Assembly: GCF_009914755.1 (NCBI RefSeq)
Contig: NC_060939.1
Source of the DNA: the human T2T-CHM13v2.0 reference genome, Homo sapiens
DNA length: 64,000 bases
Direction: 5' to 3' (one strand)
Part shown: positions 1 through 31,470 of the stretch, one piece after another
How positions within the stretch are numbered: the first letter of the stretch is position 1
Layout of the letters: every line of letters starts with the position of its first letter
The notes under the pieces: model-generated
Told to the model about the DNA's origin: nothing
The model's input: only the letters and a program-made list of their open reading frames with translations
The model's database searches: none
Position numbers and translations under genes: made by a program

Positions 1-99
1 GTGAGCCACTGCGCCCGGCCGATCCATCTTAGAATTCTGTACTCACCAAACTATCATTAAATAAAGGAAAGAGTAATGGTATCCGAAGGAAACTAGCCT

Positions 100-720
100 C
101 TATGTATGCAGTGCAACTACCCTGAGGCTCCATGCTGTGAAAAAGCCCAAAGGAGGCCACACAGGGAGACCAAATGAAGAGAGATGCCAGGCCAACCCCC
201 ATCTGTTATCGCCCTCCTACAGTTCCTACTCCAGCCTCCATTTATTTTGTTGTTGTTGTTTTGTTTTGTTTGAGACAAAGTCTCTCTCTGTCACCCAGGC
301 TGGAGGTCAAGTGGTGTGATTACAGCTCACTGCAGCCTTGAACTCCTGGGCTCAACTGATCCTCCCACCTCGGCCTCCTGAGTAGCCGGGATTACAGGCA
401 TGTGCCACTGTACCTGGCTAACTTTTTATTTTTTTGTAGAGACAGGGTCTCACTATGTTGCTCAGAATGACCTCGAACTCCTGGCCTCAAGCGATCCTCC
501 CACCTTGGCCTCCTAAAGTACTGGGATTATAGGAACAAGACACCATACCTGGCCCCAGCCACCATTTGGATGCCACCTCAGTGAAGGAGCCCAGGCCACA
601 AGTGCCCAGCTGAGCCTTTCCTCAATTGTCTCAGAGTAACCAGGAGACCATAAATGGGTGCTGTGGCATAGTACACTAAGTTTTGAGGTATTTTGTTATG
701 CAGCCTTAGCAACTGGTAAG
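100..720 (+). mobile_element. MLT1-family MaLR LTR interrupted by an Alu
   Basis: The 3' end ctaagttttgaggtattttgttatgcagc...aactgg is typical of MLT1. The Alu is flanked by TSD ccagcc(t/a)ccattt (231-243/555-567). Confidence 0.7.
244..554 (-). mobile_element. Alu (J-like)
   Basis: Antisense dimeric Alu with T-rich tail and TSD. Confidence 0.9.
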
Positions 721-854
721 GTTGCTCAAATATTTTACAGTCTATGAATTGTCCACCAAAATGAGGTGGTCCACTAAACCAAGGAAGAGAAAAGCTGTTG
801 AGATAGGAAAACCAACAATGGAAAGAAGCAAAAGGAATTACTGATGACAGTTTA

Positions 855-1162
<308 letters not shown>

Positions 1163-1538
1163 TAATACGGTATCTAAACTCTATTACCACACCCAGCAGG
1201 GGCTGACCAGCATCCTATAATCAAAATTAAATTTCTATAGTAAAATGTATGAAAATTCAAACTAAGAGTGATAAAGTTTAAATAGGTTTAGATCAGTTTG
1301 GGTCAGCATTTGCCACCAAAATGAGTTATGAAAGTACGCTCAATTTCAGAGATTTTTTGGGGGGATTACCTTATAACCCCATTAAAAAAACAAAACAAGA
1401 AAAAAACTTTTAAAAGAAAACAATTTCAGAGATTTTTGGATTTCAGAATTTTGAAAAAGGGATTGTGGACTAGAACTAACTTATTCCATTTTCACAACAA
1501 CCCTATAACATAGATTACATTACATTCCTCCCATTTTA

Positions 1539-2041
<503 letters not shown>

Positions 2042-2233
2042 CTAAGAAGACTTGCTCAGACATAATAACATAAACATATTTTCAGTTTAGTAGGATTATT
2101 TGACTTTTAAAACTTAACACCACACACTAATAATTTTAGTAAAGAATATTTTATTTCCAAGATACATGGTAAGGAGGAGGAAAAAACATTCTGAATAATA
2201 TTTATATAAAGCTACCATTAAAATTTAAATATA

Positions 2234-3064
<831 letters not shown>

Positions 3065-3197
3065 TTAGTTAACTCTGGATGCTGAGATTTTATTTTTTTG
3101 TTCATTTTAATATTTTCTAGGGTTTCCACAATGAACATGTATTTGTTTTAGAATAAGCAGGAAAAAACCTTTGTTTAGGTAGCATATCCTTTGTTGA

Positions 3198-3613
<416 letters not shown>

Positions 3614-3914
3614 CACAAAAGCTATTTCAACGTAGAGCTGATTACCTCATGGAAGCATTTGCAGGGTATCCAGAAAAAGACAGAAAACATACTTCCCATA
3701 ATTAAATGTAAGCTGTTTTCTAAAATGATAGCAAACCCCTTTCCTGAACCTCTTTCCTCCACCACCATTAATCTAACTTGCTTTTTATAAGATTCAAGTG
3801 TCATCTCCAAAGCACTAGTATATAAATTACTCCCTATACAAATGAGAGTTTGGACATGCAAATATAAGCTTGGAAAAGGTTCCAATATGCTTCCTATGAA
3901 AATTCAGACTTATC

Positions 3915-4222
3915 GGCCGGGTGCGGTGGCTCATGCCTGTAATCCCAGCACTTTGGGAGGCCGAGGCCAGCGGATCATGAGGTCAGGAGATCAAGACCAT
4001 CCTGGCTAACACGGTGAAACCCCGTCTCTACTAAAAATACAAAAAATTAGCCGCGTGTGGTGGCGGGCGCCTGTAGTCCCAGCTACTCCGGAGGCTGAGG
4101 CAGGAGAATGGCATGAATGGGAGGCCGAAGCTTGCAGTGAGCCGAGATCGCGCCACTGCAGTCCAGCCTGGGTGACAGAGCGAGACTCCGTCTCAAAAAA
4201 AAAAAAAGAAAAAGAAAAAAAA
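3915..4222 (+). mobile_element. AluY
   Basis: AluY diagnostics (accatcctggctaacacggtg, agaatggc); 16-bp TSD gaaaattcagacttat at 3898-3913 and 4223-4238. Confidence 0.92.
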
Positions 4223-5915
4223 GAAAATTCAGACTTATGTGAAGAAAAAAAGAACAGAATAAAGGTAATGAGTCAGAAATTATTTCTTAGGACAGAAGCA
4301 AAGTTTGTCCTTTTGGAACCTTTTAAATATAGGGTTGGGTTTAGGAACCCGCTTCCTGGAATAGATAGACTTTAGACTCCTTCCTGAAGCTTGAGGGTTA
4401 CCAGAGAGCTATGTCCTAAAAAGACCTTTGCAGCAGGCAGGATGAGGTCAGCGTACTCAACACCAGAGCAGGAACAACTACTGGAGGAAAGAATCAGAAG
4501 GAACAAAGAAAGGAGGATGGGGTACGGAGGGTGCTGTGGGTGTTAGTGGAGGAAGCTGAATAAGAAAAACGATATGCAGAAAAGATATCAAAGAAACTGA
4601 AAATGAGAAGTATAAGGAAGGAAAGAAAGGACGGAAAAAAATAGATTAAGAATACAAAGGGAAAGGAGTGACAGAAGGGGATGGAAAAATAATTTTTTAA
4701 GGCACATAATAAAATAGTACTGAGGTGGGGAAATATTGAAACAAAAATGTGAAAACATCCCAACAGCACAAACACAGAGACAGAGAGAAACATCAGGAAA
4801 TGTAGACTTCCCTGCCAACCAAAATTTTACAAATAGAAAGGAACCACTAAAACAGATCCGGCTCAAACACAAAGCAAAACTGAAAATTTCACTTTACAGC
4901 AAAACTGCTCTGATTAGATCTTTCACTGGATTTCCTTATCCAACTGGCTGATTTAGAATCGTGTGAGAACACAGCATAACTGCAGAGATACTATCTCGTC
5001 GGCGGGTGGGGACTGCTGGCACGCAGGCTGCATCTGGCCCTCAGTATATTTCATCTCACCCACAGAGGACTACCAAGAGGAGATAATGCTGAATTTCATG
5101 CTTGCAATGGCAAAAAAGCATTGCAGTATTAACATCCTTAACAGTAATATGGCAAAAGGCCACAAGATGGTGATGGTATACCCTAAAGAGATCTCAATCA
5201 TATGTAAAATGAGGTACACACACATACACACTCACACATACACTATACACTTACTAATTTTTCTTTAGAAAGAAAATGTCCTGTGTTGGTGGTGGTGAAG
5301 GAGGTCTTAGATAAGAGGAGACTTGAAGAATACTGCCTTTAGATATCAATCAAAACACTTCTTATGATAAAATGAGGCAGTGTTTTTTCGTGTTTTTCCC
5401 AAGTAAAAAAAAATAAAAAAGGTATTTTTCAGACTAGAAAACACTAAGAAAATATTTTTCAACTATAGGCACTCTGATTTGTATGCATCTGCTGATAAAG
5501 TAATCATTTATATAAAGTAACTGTTACCTTTTAAGGAAATTTTTAAATTTTTTCTTGGGCTCCATAAGATGAAATTTCCCTAAAGAATCCAGTGAAGATT
5601 TTACTTCCTTGACTGCAGTTTATTTCCTTACTCAATGAGGAAATGACAGGCAGGATTAATTCCTTTCTTTAAATGGGTGTGACATTTTAGGTTAATCATG
5701 ATTCATAGTGATGTATGGATAAGTTTAACTTTCAGATGTGCAAACACACATGTACACACTTTTTATCTGCTACTTAACACAAAATCAAAATTTGGGTAGG
5801 AAAATGGGTTAGAATCCTGGGCCTAAAATGTCAGAAAGAAGTAACTAATAGGAAAACAGCCAAAAAATATCCCAGGGTCATAAATTTCTATTTGCAAAAA
5901 CAATATTAACCTTTA

Positions 5916-6525
<610 letters not shown>

Positions 6526-6554
6526 AATAATAATTATTACTAAAATAATAATAA

Positions 6555-7327
<773 letters not shown>

Positions 7328-7374
7328 AGAAACAAATATTTAAATATGCAGTAAATGTCTAGGAGGATGTGTAC

Positions 7375-7577
7375 AGTGATGCGCTAGTAAAAGCTTAACA
7401 ACCAGTTCTCCGGGGGGGAAGAAAAGCCCTGATATGTGGTGTTTGCTAATTTCATGGTGCAAATATTCCTGCCATGGCTGATTTCAAGCTGTCAATGTAT
7501 AGTTATTGTACACACTTGGGAAGAGATCTACACAATCAGCTTAAATGGGCTAGTGCAGGCAGGATGCAGCACAGCTC
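7375..7577 (-). mobile_element. MER63A-like hAT DNA transposon
   Basis: cagtgatgcgctagtaaa...aaagccctgat...catggctgatttcaagct matches the reverse complement of the recalled MER63 consensus. Confidence 0.7.
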
Positions 7578-7799
7578 TATATCTCTGGGAAGTGAGATTA
7601 TGGGAAGACTGTCATGTTCCACTTTATATACTTCTGTGAGTTTGTTTTGTTTTTTGTTTCGCACTTTTGCAATGAAATTGTATCACTACTATAATCAACA
7701 AGAAGAATAAAAATATTAACTTAAAAACCAAAGATTTTTAAAAGACTGTTCAAAGTCATGGGAAGATGCTTATAACATATTGCCAGGCAAAAATTGTTG

Positions 7800-9066
<1,267 letters not shown>

Positions 9067-10048
9067 GTCACAAAGCAGTATTTTGGATTATCCCAATTTC
9101 GTTTTTTTTTTAAGTATATGTATGTTCATACAGTTGCACAAGAAAATGTCTGAAAGGACATAAGCCAAAATGTACATGGAGTTTGCAGCTGAGTGACAGA
9201 ATTTTGGGTGATTTTTATTTTTTGTTTGACTTTTCAATATTTTCCATGTTTTCTACAAATGCTTTTATAATTATGTAATGCTTTTGTAATCAAAAAAGAC
9301 ATCGTTGTATTCAAAATACCATTTTAGCCTCACTGTCACTGCTTAGGAAGCAATTTCTTCCCTTTTCAGCCACTAGTACCATAATTAGAGCATATGACTA
9401 TCTTAAAATATGGATGAATTCACTCTTTTATATTTTCCCCTCTCAAAGGTGAAAGAGCGAATTCTGTTTTCATTTATGTGGCCCAAGATCTTGAAATAAT
9501 AGAAAAAAGTTCTCAATCCCCAATTCCATCAGCTGCTGCCATAGTCCCTACCCATATTTTTGCCCAGACTATTATGACAGCCCTTTACTCCCTCTGTTGC
9601 CATTTCTCCCCTCAGTACAGCTCAAAATGAATTAGAAAGGATTAGGGACATCTATGTGCATGTTGCCAAAAGATAATCATCTTAAAATATGGCTTCTATT
9701 TAATTTTGCTCAAAGTCTTTAATGGCAGTTTGCAAAAAAAGTATTTACAGCATGATTCCACTGCTGTAATATTTATAAAAACGTATTACCATATGCACAG
9801 AAAAAAATCTGGACTATTTCAACTTGTTAGCAAAGCTTTTCTCTGGGAGTACTGGAGATTATGGGAGAATTTTGCATTCTAATTTTTATGTTTCTGAAAT
9901 GTTTTAAGAAAAGTCTAGATTACTTTTATAATGCAAAAAGAAATCGAACTGAGGAGGGAATTCTTAACCAAATTTCCACTGCCCCAAGAATAAAATCTGA
10001 AGTCCTCTCCTTTTGTTCAGATGCCTACCTTTAAAATCCACCTATTCA

Positions 10049-10806
<758 letters not shown>

Positions 10807-11096
10807 TAATTTACAGATGTGTAAGGATGAAGTTTATGTTTATTTTTTATGTTTCTCCAAGGTACCTAAACAATTTCAGACCCATAGCTGATGGCCACTA
10901 AATGTTTATTAAATTGGTTTGAAATCCAACATCTAAGGAAACTGAAAAGAATATGAAAGGTTATTTTCTTAGAGATACCCACAGAGAAAACCTATTAGGA
11001 AAAAAAGAAAGAATAAAATGGGAGTTTTAATACATATATAGGCTAAAAAAGGAGAGGAGAAAAAGAAAAGATAGAAACATTTGAGAAATGAGATAC

Positions 11097-12198
<1,102 letters not shown>

Positions 12199-12321
12199 GG
12201 CAATTGCCAGTAAGAGTTTCTGTTAATACACAGGAGAGCTTCTTCATGGTCCCCAACCCTTCTTTCTTCACTCAGTTCTTTCTATTTCAAGTCCCCTTAT
12301 ATGAACAGAAGCTTAAAATAT

Positions 12322-12628
<307 letters not shown>

Positions 12629-13258
12629 TAAAATTATTTAAACTGCCAACTTGAATAATTTGTCTAGCAATGTCTAGCAGGCTACTAGAGACAAATACAA
12701 GTCTAAAAGCAGTAGAACCAAGCATGAGGAAAAGAACACCAAAAGTCCATTGTTTTGGCTACTAAACACAGCAAGATTAATAGGAACAGCCTGAACAAGT
12801 GAAGCACTCTAAAACTAATTTGGTGAAATCATTCATTGCACATCTGTGGTGTGCTGTTATCCTAAGGCTTGTGAGAAGGATACAAAGAAGTTAGAAGACA
12901 CCTCTGAGTCAAAGTGTTTACTGTCTAATGATTTAGTGCAAAAGGTTGCACTAAAGAGTTAATAGGGAAAAAAATACAACAAAGTAGCCTAGATTTTCGA
13001 TAATGCCCAACTTTGGAACAGATTATGCAAATCCATGCTAAGGCCAACACAAAAGAAGCAGGTTGATCTCCTGCTGTAGTTACATAATTGCTATGGGCAG
13101 TGAGAAATTGGGGCCATCTCTCTGCAGATAAAAATATGATTGCATTCAATATGCAAAGTAGTGCATATATTGTAGCGAAAAAGAGAAAATGTCAATATTT
13201 CATAACTTTAAAAGTTAGAATGGTATATGATTTGGGCAGGATAAAAATATGGGCTTAT

Positions 13259-13861
<603 letters not shown>

Positions 13862-13915
<54 letters not shown>

Positions 13916-13970
13916 GTATATGTATATATGTACATATGTATATATATGTGTATATATGTGTGTATATATA
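13862..13970. repeat. (TA)n(CA)n(TA/TG)n microsatellite from Alu tail
   Basis: Read directly. Confidence 0.95.
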
Positions 13971-14677
13971 GGCTTACATAGGCAAATATGAATTTATGTT
14001 GAGACTAGATTTTATCTCTTGGTACTAATATAACCCGAGGCATCATGTTGGCAAAAAGACAAACACCTTCACTTTGCTGTCCTTTAGATGAGAAAAGTAA
14101 ACACCTTTCTCTTCTATGAGATAGAAAATTTAGGTCTCATGCCAGAAAGGACTACTAGGAAGTTGAATTGTTCTGGAAAGTGTATCACATAACGAGAAAT
14201 TAATACAAAGTATATAAACTTTTATTACATAACGCGACAAATGTATTTAGAGCCTCTACTGTGTGCAAGGCCTCCAGGGAGTGAAGACATGAAAAAGAAA
14301 TGGTACCAGTCTCCAGGGAACTAGTTTCTAGTTTCCTAAGAATGGTAATTAGAATATAAATCAGAAAAGGCTATGTCATAGATACATACACAGTTCTCTG
14401 AGGGTCTAGGGTTGCCGACATCGGCAAAGGCTTTAGGTAGGACATAGTGTCTGAAGTGTGACTTGAACGATATGTAGGTCAAAGGACCTGTGGAGATGCA
14501 GTGGGAGGATGGGCCAGGTAGAAGAATCCGGCACAGAGCTTGGAGAACAGCTTGGAGCACATTTGAGGATAAGTGAATAATCCATTCTTACTGAGATCTG
14601 GGTTTATATAGCTTTAGGACATTTGAAGTATCTTTGTATAGGAAAAAGTCTAGGAGAAAATTCGAGGCAACTAAGTA

Positions 14678-15329
<652 letters not shown>

Positions 15330-15334
15330 AAGCC

Positions 15335-16126
15335 GTCCCCCATTTTAGATGCCAATCACAAGTCCCAGGTTCTGACCTGTACTTCTGACCCATCAGCTAT
15401 AAAGTGGGGTTTCCATGACTCTCTCCTTGGGTTCAATTAGTTTGCTAGAGTGGCTCAAAGACTCAGGGAAATGCTTTTTACTTATGTTTACCAATTTATC
15501 GCCTAAAGAATATCACAAAGGATACGGATGGATGAACAGTCGGATGGAGGAGATGCATAGGGCAAGGTATGGAAGAAGGGGTGTAGGACTTCCATGCCGC
15601 CTCTGGGAGCACCTCCCTCCAGGAACCTCCACGTGTTCATTTATCTGGAAGCTCTCCAAATCCTGTCCCTTTGGGTTTTTATGGGGGCTTCATTATGTAG
15701 GCATGACTGATGAGATCATCAGTCTTTGCTGGTCAGCTCAACCTTCAACCTCTCTCCCCTCCCTGGAGGTCTATGGTTGGTGGGGGGGTAAAATTTCTAA
15801 CCCTCCAATCACATAGTTGGTTCCCCTGGCAACCAGCTCCCATTCTGAGGCTATTCAGGAGTGTACCAAAAGTTACCTCATTAGAAAAAGATGCACCAAT
15901 CAGAGGAATTTCCAAGGATCTTTAGGAGCTCTGTATCATATGCACCTGTCACTCAGGAAATTACACAAGTCTTGGGAGCTCTGAGTCAGGAACCAAGGTC
16001 AAAGACCAAATATTAGAACAAAAGATCCTCCTAGCACCACTATTGCTCAGGAAATTAGAAGGGTTTTTAGGAGCGCTACATCAGGAACTGCAAATGAAGA
16101 TCAAAATATATACCTTACGATGTCAC
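15335..16126 (-). mobile_element. MER21-family ERVL LTR
   Basis: tttgctagagtggctca...ctcagggaaa, gagatgcatagggcaaggtatgg and three copies of a tcaggaaatt...ggagctctg-like unit; ends in ...tgtcaca. Confidence 0.8.
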
Positions 16127-16129
16127 AGA

Positions 16130-17770
<1,641 letters not shown>

Positions 17771-18195
17771 TTTCACAGTTTAAGCTTTGCAAGAAGTCTC
17801 TGAGTCAGAGTTTAGTGTCCAGGATGTTTGCTAGGGAGTGTCTTTGGGATCGACACCTGTGCCAGGGCAGAGGAGGAAGCAGGCTTAGACAGAAGGAAAA
17901 GTAAACTGTATGTAAGGAAGGCCCAGCAGCCTCAGCTGACCTCATGAGGAGCTCTGGAGCTACAGCGACCCTTGGGCATTGTCCCAAACCAGCCTGAAAG
18001 GGCTAGACTTCCAAATTATACCTTGATCAGCTGCTGGATGCAGACTGTTCCCAAAAGGGCATGAGCTTGGGTGAGGTTGCTTTCTGCAGCTGTAGGAGTT
18101 GATGACTGATTGCTGTCTGCTGACAGTACTCCAAGTAGAAGGGACAAGAAGTCCTTCCATAAAGGGAAGCTCAGTGGCTTCATCTCTGTGTTCAT
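17771..18195 (-). mobile_element. LTR16-family LTR, 3' LTR of an ERVL provirus
   Basis: Homologous to 25186-26337 (shared cttgggatcgaca(c/t)ctgtg-like block, cttgatcag, agcctcag); abuts ERVL internal sequence. Confidence 0.72.
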
Positions 18196-24240
<6,045 letters not shown>

Positions 24241-24249
24241 TCCTTTTCC

Positions 24250-24553
24250 TTTCTTTTTTTTTTTTTTTTTTCAGATGGAGTCCCACTCTGTCACCCAGTC
24301 TGGGGTGCAGTGGTACAATCTCGGCTCACTGCAACCTCCTCCTGCTGGGTTCAAGCGATTCTCCTGCCTCAGCCTCCTGAGTAGCTAGGACTACAGGCAC
24401 GAGTCACCACACCTGGCTAATTTTTGTATTTTTAGTAGAGACAGGGTTTCACCATGTTGGCCAGGCTGGTCTCAAACTCCTGGCCTTAAATGATCTGCCC
24501 ACCTCAGCCTCCCAAAGTGGTGGGATTATAGGCGTGATCCGCCACTCCTGGCC
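24250..24553 (-). mobile_element. Alu (S-like)
   Basis: Antisense Alu consensus. Confidence 0.9.
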
Positions 24554-24554
24554 G

Positions 24555-25185
24555 CATGTAGCCCTTAATAGGGAAGAATGACTCAATTCTGTAGGCTCAG
24601 AGGGTCAAGAGGAATCTGGGAATTCAAGATTTTGGGGGGCATCAACCCAGATGTCCCTGTCCCATGTGTCAGAGTCTCACTCTTTCCCAACCAGAACCCT
24701 GACCTAATTTGGTTGGTAGTTTAATCTTCTTTGGAGTTTGGCTACACTGATGATTTAGTCTGGGTCTTGTCCTCAGCATTCTCTGCCTTCCCACCTTAGG
24801 TCACGAAAGTCTCTTTACATGCTACCAGAGACCCTCTGGCGAAAGCTTTCATTTGGCTCTAGTTGCCTGGTGTTTACTCTCTCGGCCTTTTGGTTTCTTT
24901 TCCTAGAGCTTCAACAGAGGTGAGCAATAACCATATAATCCCATTGTCCTTAGAATTACTATTTCTGCCATATATTGCTTGAGCTAATACATTCTCTTCC
25001 ATTGGTATACAATCCCAGTTCACCACTAGTGAAAGTTTTAGTACCTGGCCGCCACCTTGTGCCAGGGGTTATCTGGGTTCCATCTATTACCAGTAACAGG
25101 TCCTCCCTACCAGCTAGGTGGATGAGTGACCCAGTTCCAAAACTCCATCTTATCTGTGCTTTCTCAGACCTCTCCTGGCTCTGAC
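24555..25185 (-). pseudogene. Decayed ERVL leader/PBS and gag N-terminus
   Basis: On the minus strand, after the LTR comes a degenerate tRNA-Leu-type PBS (gagccaggagaggtctgagaaagca). The ATG at 25148 gives MEFWNWVTH...NRWNPDNPWHKVAA...LKLSLVVNWD, resembling ERVL gag, with stops and frameshifts. Confidence 0.72.
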
Positions 25186-26337
<1,152 letters not shown>

Positions 26338-26342
26338 GGTAT

Positions 26343-26445
26343 CATGTCAGCAATTGACTCTCAAATTGTTCAGGTAAAAATTCATTATGCTATGTGCGCA
26401 ACTTTTCTGTTAGTTTGAAAAACTTTAAAAATAAAATGCTTTTAA
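26343..26445 (+). mobile_element. Terminal part of the L1MC 3' end split by the provirus
   Basis: catgtcagcaattgactctcaaattgttcagg...caacttttctgttagtttgaaa...aataaaa continues the L1MC consensus after gatggggcat (17761-17770). Confidence 0.7.
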
Positions 26446-27246
26446 AACAAATGGACAGACTTACACAAATTAAATGTGACTGAAAAAATGTCAAGAGCCT
26501 CCTGTTGCTGATGCAAAGAAAGGAGCATGATGTTGAAGAGATGAAAATTCATTTGAATGAGTAAAATATGGATGGCCAGAAGAATTAGTGAGAGATAAGA
26601 GTGAAACAGTAAATTGAAGTTTCATCTTTGCTGATGCAATATAATTCCAAGACTTCAGAATAGGGCAAGAATGCAAAATGCTTATTGCCTCACATTTACA
26701 CTGGCCTTTAATTTCACCTCACCTCTTCTGAGTAGGTGAAGTCTCTTCTAGACTACCTTTAGTAGCTCCTGTTCCCTATCTCCCTTTTCCTTTTGTTCCT
26801 TTCCTCCCCACGACCATCATGAAAATTGGTCTGTGGAGATGTGAGTCTTTACTAAGCGTCTCATACTGGGATGAAGATTATTTTTAGGATTAATCTGAGT
26901 CACAGAGGGAGGAGGGAAAGAACCATTTTAATCTTTTCCTTTTCACTCCTTCATAACCTGCTGTACAGCTAAATCATTTTACAAATACGTCTTTCCTCCT
27001 TTTCCCTAGGAATGCTTTGCCTTTTATCTTTCCTTTGGAAGCAGTATCCATAAGCCTTCATCAGAAGCTTCTAAAAGTGGAAGGGATTTTTCTTTGTTAG
27101 AAAGGACCACGGGCTAATTAAAGGAGATTGCTATAAGCTGCTTTCATGTAAGTAGATCCATTTATTATTATAGCGGTTGTTGGTATCTGAGGGGTTATAT
27201 AGTTGCCCCTGTTTCCCTTTCTCACTGGCCCTCTCAGCTACACCCA

Positions 27247-27627
27247 TGTCTTAGTCTGTTTTGTGCTTTTTATAACAGAATACCTGAGATTGAATAATTT
27301 ATAAAGGAAAAAAATTTATTTGGCTCACAGTTGTGGAGGCTGGGAAGTCTAAGAGGGGACAGTATCTAATGAGGTCCTTCTTGCTGCATCATCTCATGGT
27401 AGAAGGCAGAAGGGCAAGAGTGATCTCAAGAGGGCAAGAACGATCTCCAGAGGGCAAGACATTGAACTTGAAGCTTCCAGCTTTATTATAATCAGCATGA
27501 TTCAATTCATGAGAGTGGAGCCCCCATGACCTAAACACCTCCAATTAGGCCCCACCTCCCAACACTGCTGCATTGGGGATTAAGTTGCCAACATACGCTT
27601 TTTGGGGAACACGTTCAAACCATAGCA
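27247..27627 (-). mobile_element. MST-family solo MaLR LTR
   Basis: tgtcttagtctgttttgtgct...ttcaaaccatagca; TSD accc(a/c). Confidence 0.82.
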
Positions 27628-27944
27628 ACCCCACTCTGGATTTTCCCTTCTGTCGCTCTGAGGCTGAGCGTGGAAGGGACTCCTGCTTTCTGTGGAGAGA
27701 TGCAGGCAGAGACTGTGTTTGACCTTCTTCCTTTGCAGCAACATGCTTGAGCATGCCTCATGTTTCACTGTTGGACGACATTTCTTTGAGGGGTAAATAA
27801 GCATGTGAACGCTACACTTTAAAAAATATCTTTACCAATTTACACATTAAACACTGAGGAAACAAAGAAGAACAAACAAAACCCCCCAAATAAGTTACCC
27901 CAAAAGGTGGGAGAAAGTTCTATCTTGGATAAAATAGGCACTCA

Positions 27945-28307
<363 letters not shown>

Positions 28308-28389
28308 TTAGGTGAATGATAGTTTAAACAGGCAAGCTTCTGGCTGAAGATACTAACAGCACCCCTTATTTAGAGTAGGTTAGCATTTT

Positions 28390-28560
28390 AGGGGTGCTTC
28401 CACACACATTATCTCATGTATTCCTTGGACAGACCCCACCCTTCGAGGGAGGGGAGGTAGGTGCTATTTATACCATTTTAAAGTTGAGATTAAATGACTT
28501 GCCTGGAATCAAACAACTAAGTGGCAGAACTGGGGCTTACACCTAGGTCTGCTGACTACC
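28390..28560 (-). mobile_element. MIR
   Basis: cattatctcat...ccatttta...ttaaatgacttgcc...aagtggcaga is the MIR core, antisense. Confidence 0.7.
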
Positions 28561-30089
28561 GTTGGTGCCAAGACATCAGAGAGATTCTTCTGGTTTCACA
28601 GTGGAGCCCCCAAGGATTACTGCTGGGGGACTTGTCTTACTTAAAACTGTGATAGACTGTGTGGAAGCAGGCCCATGTAGGAAATGGCCTTAAGCTCTCC
28701 AGAGTAGTAACTACCAAGCAGATGGATCTAAATTGAAAAGATAAGCTTCACACAGCTTATGTGAGTGGACAAAAATATGGCAAATGAGTTTCATTCTGTA
28801 CTGAATTGGAATAATGCATTTAGTATTGTTAGTCTAAAGTCACTTAAAAGAAGATGAGTTGGGAGCTGTGCTTTATTCTAAGAAAGAGACCCATGAGTTA
28901 TTGTTGACTGTTTCCTAAAGTCATATAACAATATGCTAGGCCTGTTTGCTAAGAACGTGGAAAACAGAACTGAAAGCATTATTTTGTCTTACATTTGACA
29001 AAATGGTAATGAAGTTATACCTGGAATCATGCATTTAATTCTCCCTGGAAACCGTAAAAAAGAGTCTAGTATTTAATAGATATACCAGGTCATAGAAAGA
29101 GGTAACTAAAATGACCAAATAGATTTCCTAAGAAGAAAGTTGCTTTAAAAGTAGAATTAAATAAGGGGAAATTTGAAGGAAACCCCTATTCACCTTTCGT
29201 TTTCAACTAACATTTTTTTGAGAAACCACTACATTCAGACACTGTGCTCAACACTAGAGTTTACAATGACTAAAACACAGAAGTTCACAATCATTGTGTG
29301 AGAATATCAGCCGGGATGAATCATGAGTACAACTCAGCACAGCTATTCTTGTGTGCTTAGTGGATTGGCAGCTGGTCTAGGGTACAATCTCTTGAACTTG
29401 GTTGGTATGTGTTGGTTGCCAGGGGCCAATCAACCCTGGTAAACCTGCAATCAAGTTCTTCAAGCAGCAAATCTGAAGAACTGGACCCTTCATATCTACC
29501 AGAGCATAAAGTGAAATTATGACTTATTAATAGCGTCATTAACATTTAGTTGTTTACCTGGGTCTAACAAATACCATCCTTCTCTGTGGTCTCAGCACTT
29601 CTAAGCTAGGAAGGTACAGACAGTCCCTGCTTGTGACTGAGTTATGTTCCCAAAAGTTGATTTCTAACTTGGTTGTTTGAAACTGAAAATGTATTTTCCC
29701 CAGAGAATCAATGTTAGAAATACTGGTTCTGTTCTCAGGCCAACTCTTAGAAGGCCATTTAGCCCATATGCAGCTTGACTTTGAGACTATAGAACTGTGA
29801 CCTACGACATTGTTTCTATGGGAAAATGTGCCCCAGAAGGAACAAGGTCTTCCTTCCTACCCCACTTCCTACCTCCCTGTGTAATGAAGCCTGTGTGTTT
29901 ATTATAGGAAGTGCTGCTCCCAAGTGTGGGCGGCTGGGCTTTGAGGCAGCCTTGGACACTTACCCCCAAGGGCAGAGATATTCTCACTTCTCCTGTCCCA
30001 GCTCTGGCAGGGAGGGGAGTGGGAGCAGGTGGGGAGTCTGTCCCTGACCCACCTTCTTCAGGGCTATCTTCTGGGGGGTGGGGTTCTAG

Positions 30090-31470
<1,381 letters not shown>

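Noticed and set aside
15901-16089. Three spaced ~40-bp repeats resembling a repeat-spacer array
   Set aside because: They are internal repeats of the MER21 LTR, are degenerate, and lie in a eukaryotic context; this is not CRISPR.
27411-27459. 20-bp tandem unit agggcaaga...gatctc x2.5
   Set aside because: Local slippage inside an MST LTR with no further significance evident.
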